The position numbers were made by a program, and so were the translations under genes. From positions 1 through 34,359 of the forward strand of contig NW_021831727.1 in the NCBI RefSeq assembly GCF_006345805.1: a stretch of 34,359 nucleotides of DNA, in the 5' to 3' direction. Positions 32,180-34,359 of this stretch are shown piece by piece; positions within the stretch are counted from its first letter, which is position 1, and the number at the start of each line of letters is the position of its first letter. The notes beneath the pieces were generated by a model. The model saw nothing but the letters and a program-made list of their open reading frames with translations, was not told the origin of the DNA and ran no database searches. The DNA is from Octopus sinensis (taxonomy: Eukaryota).

Positions 32180-34359
32180 TTTTTTAGATGGAGATTTCCT
32201 AAAATATATAAATTAGATTGATACTTTTTTTTAGCTGAAGTAGATTTTGTACTTATTTTAGCTATTGATTACTTACCACGAACATCTAACCTTTATTTGT
32301 AGAAACTGGGGTAGCATTCGGGCGTTCCACATTCTAAACATAAACCAGAGGCCCATACATCTTCAAGTTCTAGTTCTTCGTTTTCTTTCGTAAGATCATC
32401 GAGATCCTCGTCCGTTATTATGCCAAAAGATTTGCTCTATGAAATAAAAAACAAACGCTACGTGCACATTCGATATATCGTAGCAATCAATTTCTTTAAT
32501 TATCTATAAAGTTTTATTTGTCCTAATACTTTTATCCACTCATTCAAGACCTCACTATCCTGCTCTGTGATCGCAGCGTGTCTCAGTGATATTTTCAATT
32601 TTTTCAACTCGTCGATGTCTTGTGGTTTTATGCACCGGCGACATTGCATGATGACCGAACAGAGACTCAGTCGCACAATGGGGACGGGGTCATTGATCAT
32701 GTCAATCAGATGAGAGACAAAGTGAATTTTGTTGAACCTCCTGGAATTTAGTTCAAACGAGTTTTTTGCAACATCAATGAATATAATCCGAAAATAACAA
32801 TTTTGATTGAAACAGAATTCTAAATGTCAAATAAGCCACTAAAAACCATTGAATATTTTTTGCAGAAATTCCTGTTGTTTCTGCTTTGGCTTTGTATACC
32901 GAATAATCATAATAATCAGCGAAACATACGAATCAATGACCGGTAATGGAAGCTATGATATAAACAAAAATTTTTAAGTCACCGAGCTTTTAAGATGTCT
33001 CCAAATAGAGGGAACAAATTTTTGGTAAATTACGTTCGATGGAAGTAATTTCCAACACTTTTTAAACTGTTCGACAAATTTTACGTGAAGATGCCATTCG
33101 TATGTATTAATCAAAAGGGCCTCTATTTCTTGAAAGATTTTTATAAATTCGTTGATATACTCACACTAGTGGATTATTAGAAAGAAGTACGGTTATATTT
33201 TTACTTTCCTTGTGCCCTTTTGGGATATTTAAGAACAAAGTGACTATTTCACCCAGATTGGGAATTATCTCACAAATAACCTAATCATGTTGCTAAAAAA
33301 AACCTCAAGTTTGACATTTTTACATAGCTCTACAAATTGAGGCTGGACACAGTAAACACTCAAACCCAAACCCAACATGATCTATCATCTTTATTCAGAA
33401 CTAAATAACCTCCAAAAAAGTTTTTGCGACTGTTTTTTTAAGTTCAAGTTCAGAATCTTTCACGAGCGTTTTAAGACAGATGTGGAGATGTGAATGGAAT
33501 AAAGCAACCCCTGCAATTTGTAAAACTTTCTAAGCAAAAAACAAATCCAGTTATACTCCAAAATTCATTGCAAAGCCCAGTTTGCAGTTAAGGTTCAGCG
33601 ATTTTGAAATTTTTAGAAGAAATATTTCCTATAATAAATAAAAAATAGAACATCATTTTTATCATCGAGAAAACAAAGGTTGGCAAAATACTCAACGAAC
33701 CAACGCATTTGATGGTCAGTGATGTCTCCTGAGACATGACATTTAATTCTCATCAAACGTTTAAAATTGTCGAGGAATAATGAAAACTGTCGAGCAATCA
33801 CTTGAAGTGTGTCTTCGCATTTGTTGTAAGATTCTTGGAACAGTTTTATAATCATGGAAATGTATCCTTTCTTGACTTCTGACAAACTTAATGAGGAGAT
33901 GTCGGTACATTACCGGTGTCTAGAATCGGCAAGATGCAAGCCAACGTTTCCACTGCAGCCGATTTGACAATAATAGAATCGTCTTTCAACAATTCCAGGA
34001 GTTCTGGAACTATTGACATGGCTGTGTTCTGGCCTCCAATTCTACTCTAATAGCACATTTTATGTACCGCGATATGTGACGTAATTCTCCACACATTGCA
34101 GCTCGTACGTCGTAGTCAATATCTTGACATAGATCTTTGACTAGACGAAACATTTTTTCAACCATCCTAAGATTTGAAAACATACATGACACGTCTTGTT
34201 TCTAATTTTATTTAACATAGGAGTGATTAGTCGACAACTGAGAATCCTACTTCCCACTGACTTGGAAATAATTGCATTTTGTATTGAAAGAGGCATTATT
34301 TGGCACATCACAGTGTCTTGGGTCAAATAAGGAGTCACTCGAATTAGTCCTTCAAACCA
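32180..34359 (-). CDS. PPP4R4: Ser/Thr protein phosphatase 4 regulatory subunit 4 (HEAT repeats); 5' end beyond the window, 3' end approximate
   Basis: WFEGLIRVTPYL...SVGSRILSCRL, LVKDLCQDIDYDVRAAMC, VPELLELLKDDS and MINDPVPIVRLSLC match the segment order of PPP4R4. More than ten mini-introns, for example 34167-34192 and 34042-34067 (26 nt each). Confidence 0.85.

Overview
AT-rich eukaryotic DNA from an animal (it encodes a protocadherin-like protein). Its GT-AG introns are extremely short, mostly 20-30 nt with a mode near 24-26 nt, as reported for dicyemid mesozoans; the taxon is my inference. Splicing out the mini-introns recovers five host genes: a protocadherin-like receptor (4759-7237), CNOT2 (12745-14986), the C-terminal half of a PRUNE exopolyphosphatase (18504-19078), HOGA1 (21079-22164) and PPP4R4 (about 32180 to past the window end). 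Roughly 55% of the window is transposon-derived: Helitrons, pogo/Tigger, two hAT-type families, CRE-like and other RLE non-LTR elements, and APE-type LINEs. Main observations: (1) a pogo/Tigger with intact TIRs splits CNOT2 at the TA inside its WRYHK motif; (2) an apparently composite 2.8-kb Helitron, with two 5'-TC starts, one CTAG end and a ~93-bp tandem array, sits inside a hAT-like element; (3) two DNA transposases carry host-type mini-introns; (4) host-gene frameshifts are all single-base losses in homopolymer runs, which suggests uncorrected long-read error. Gene models were built by hand and many TE boundaries are approximate.
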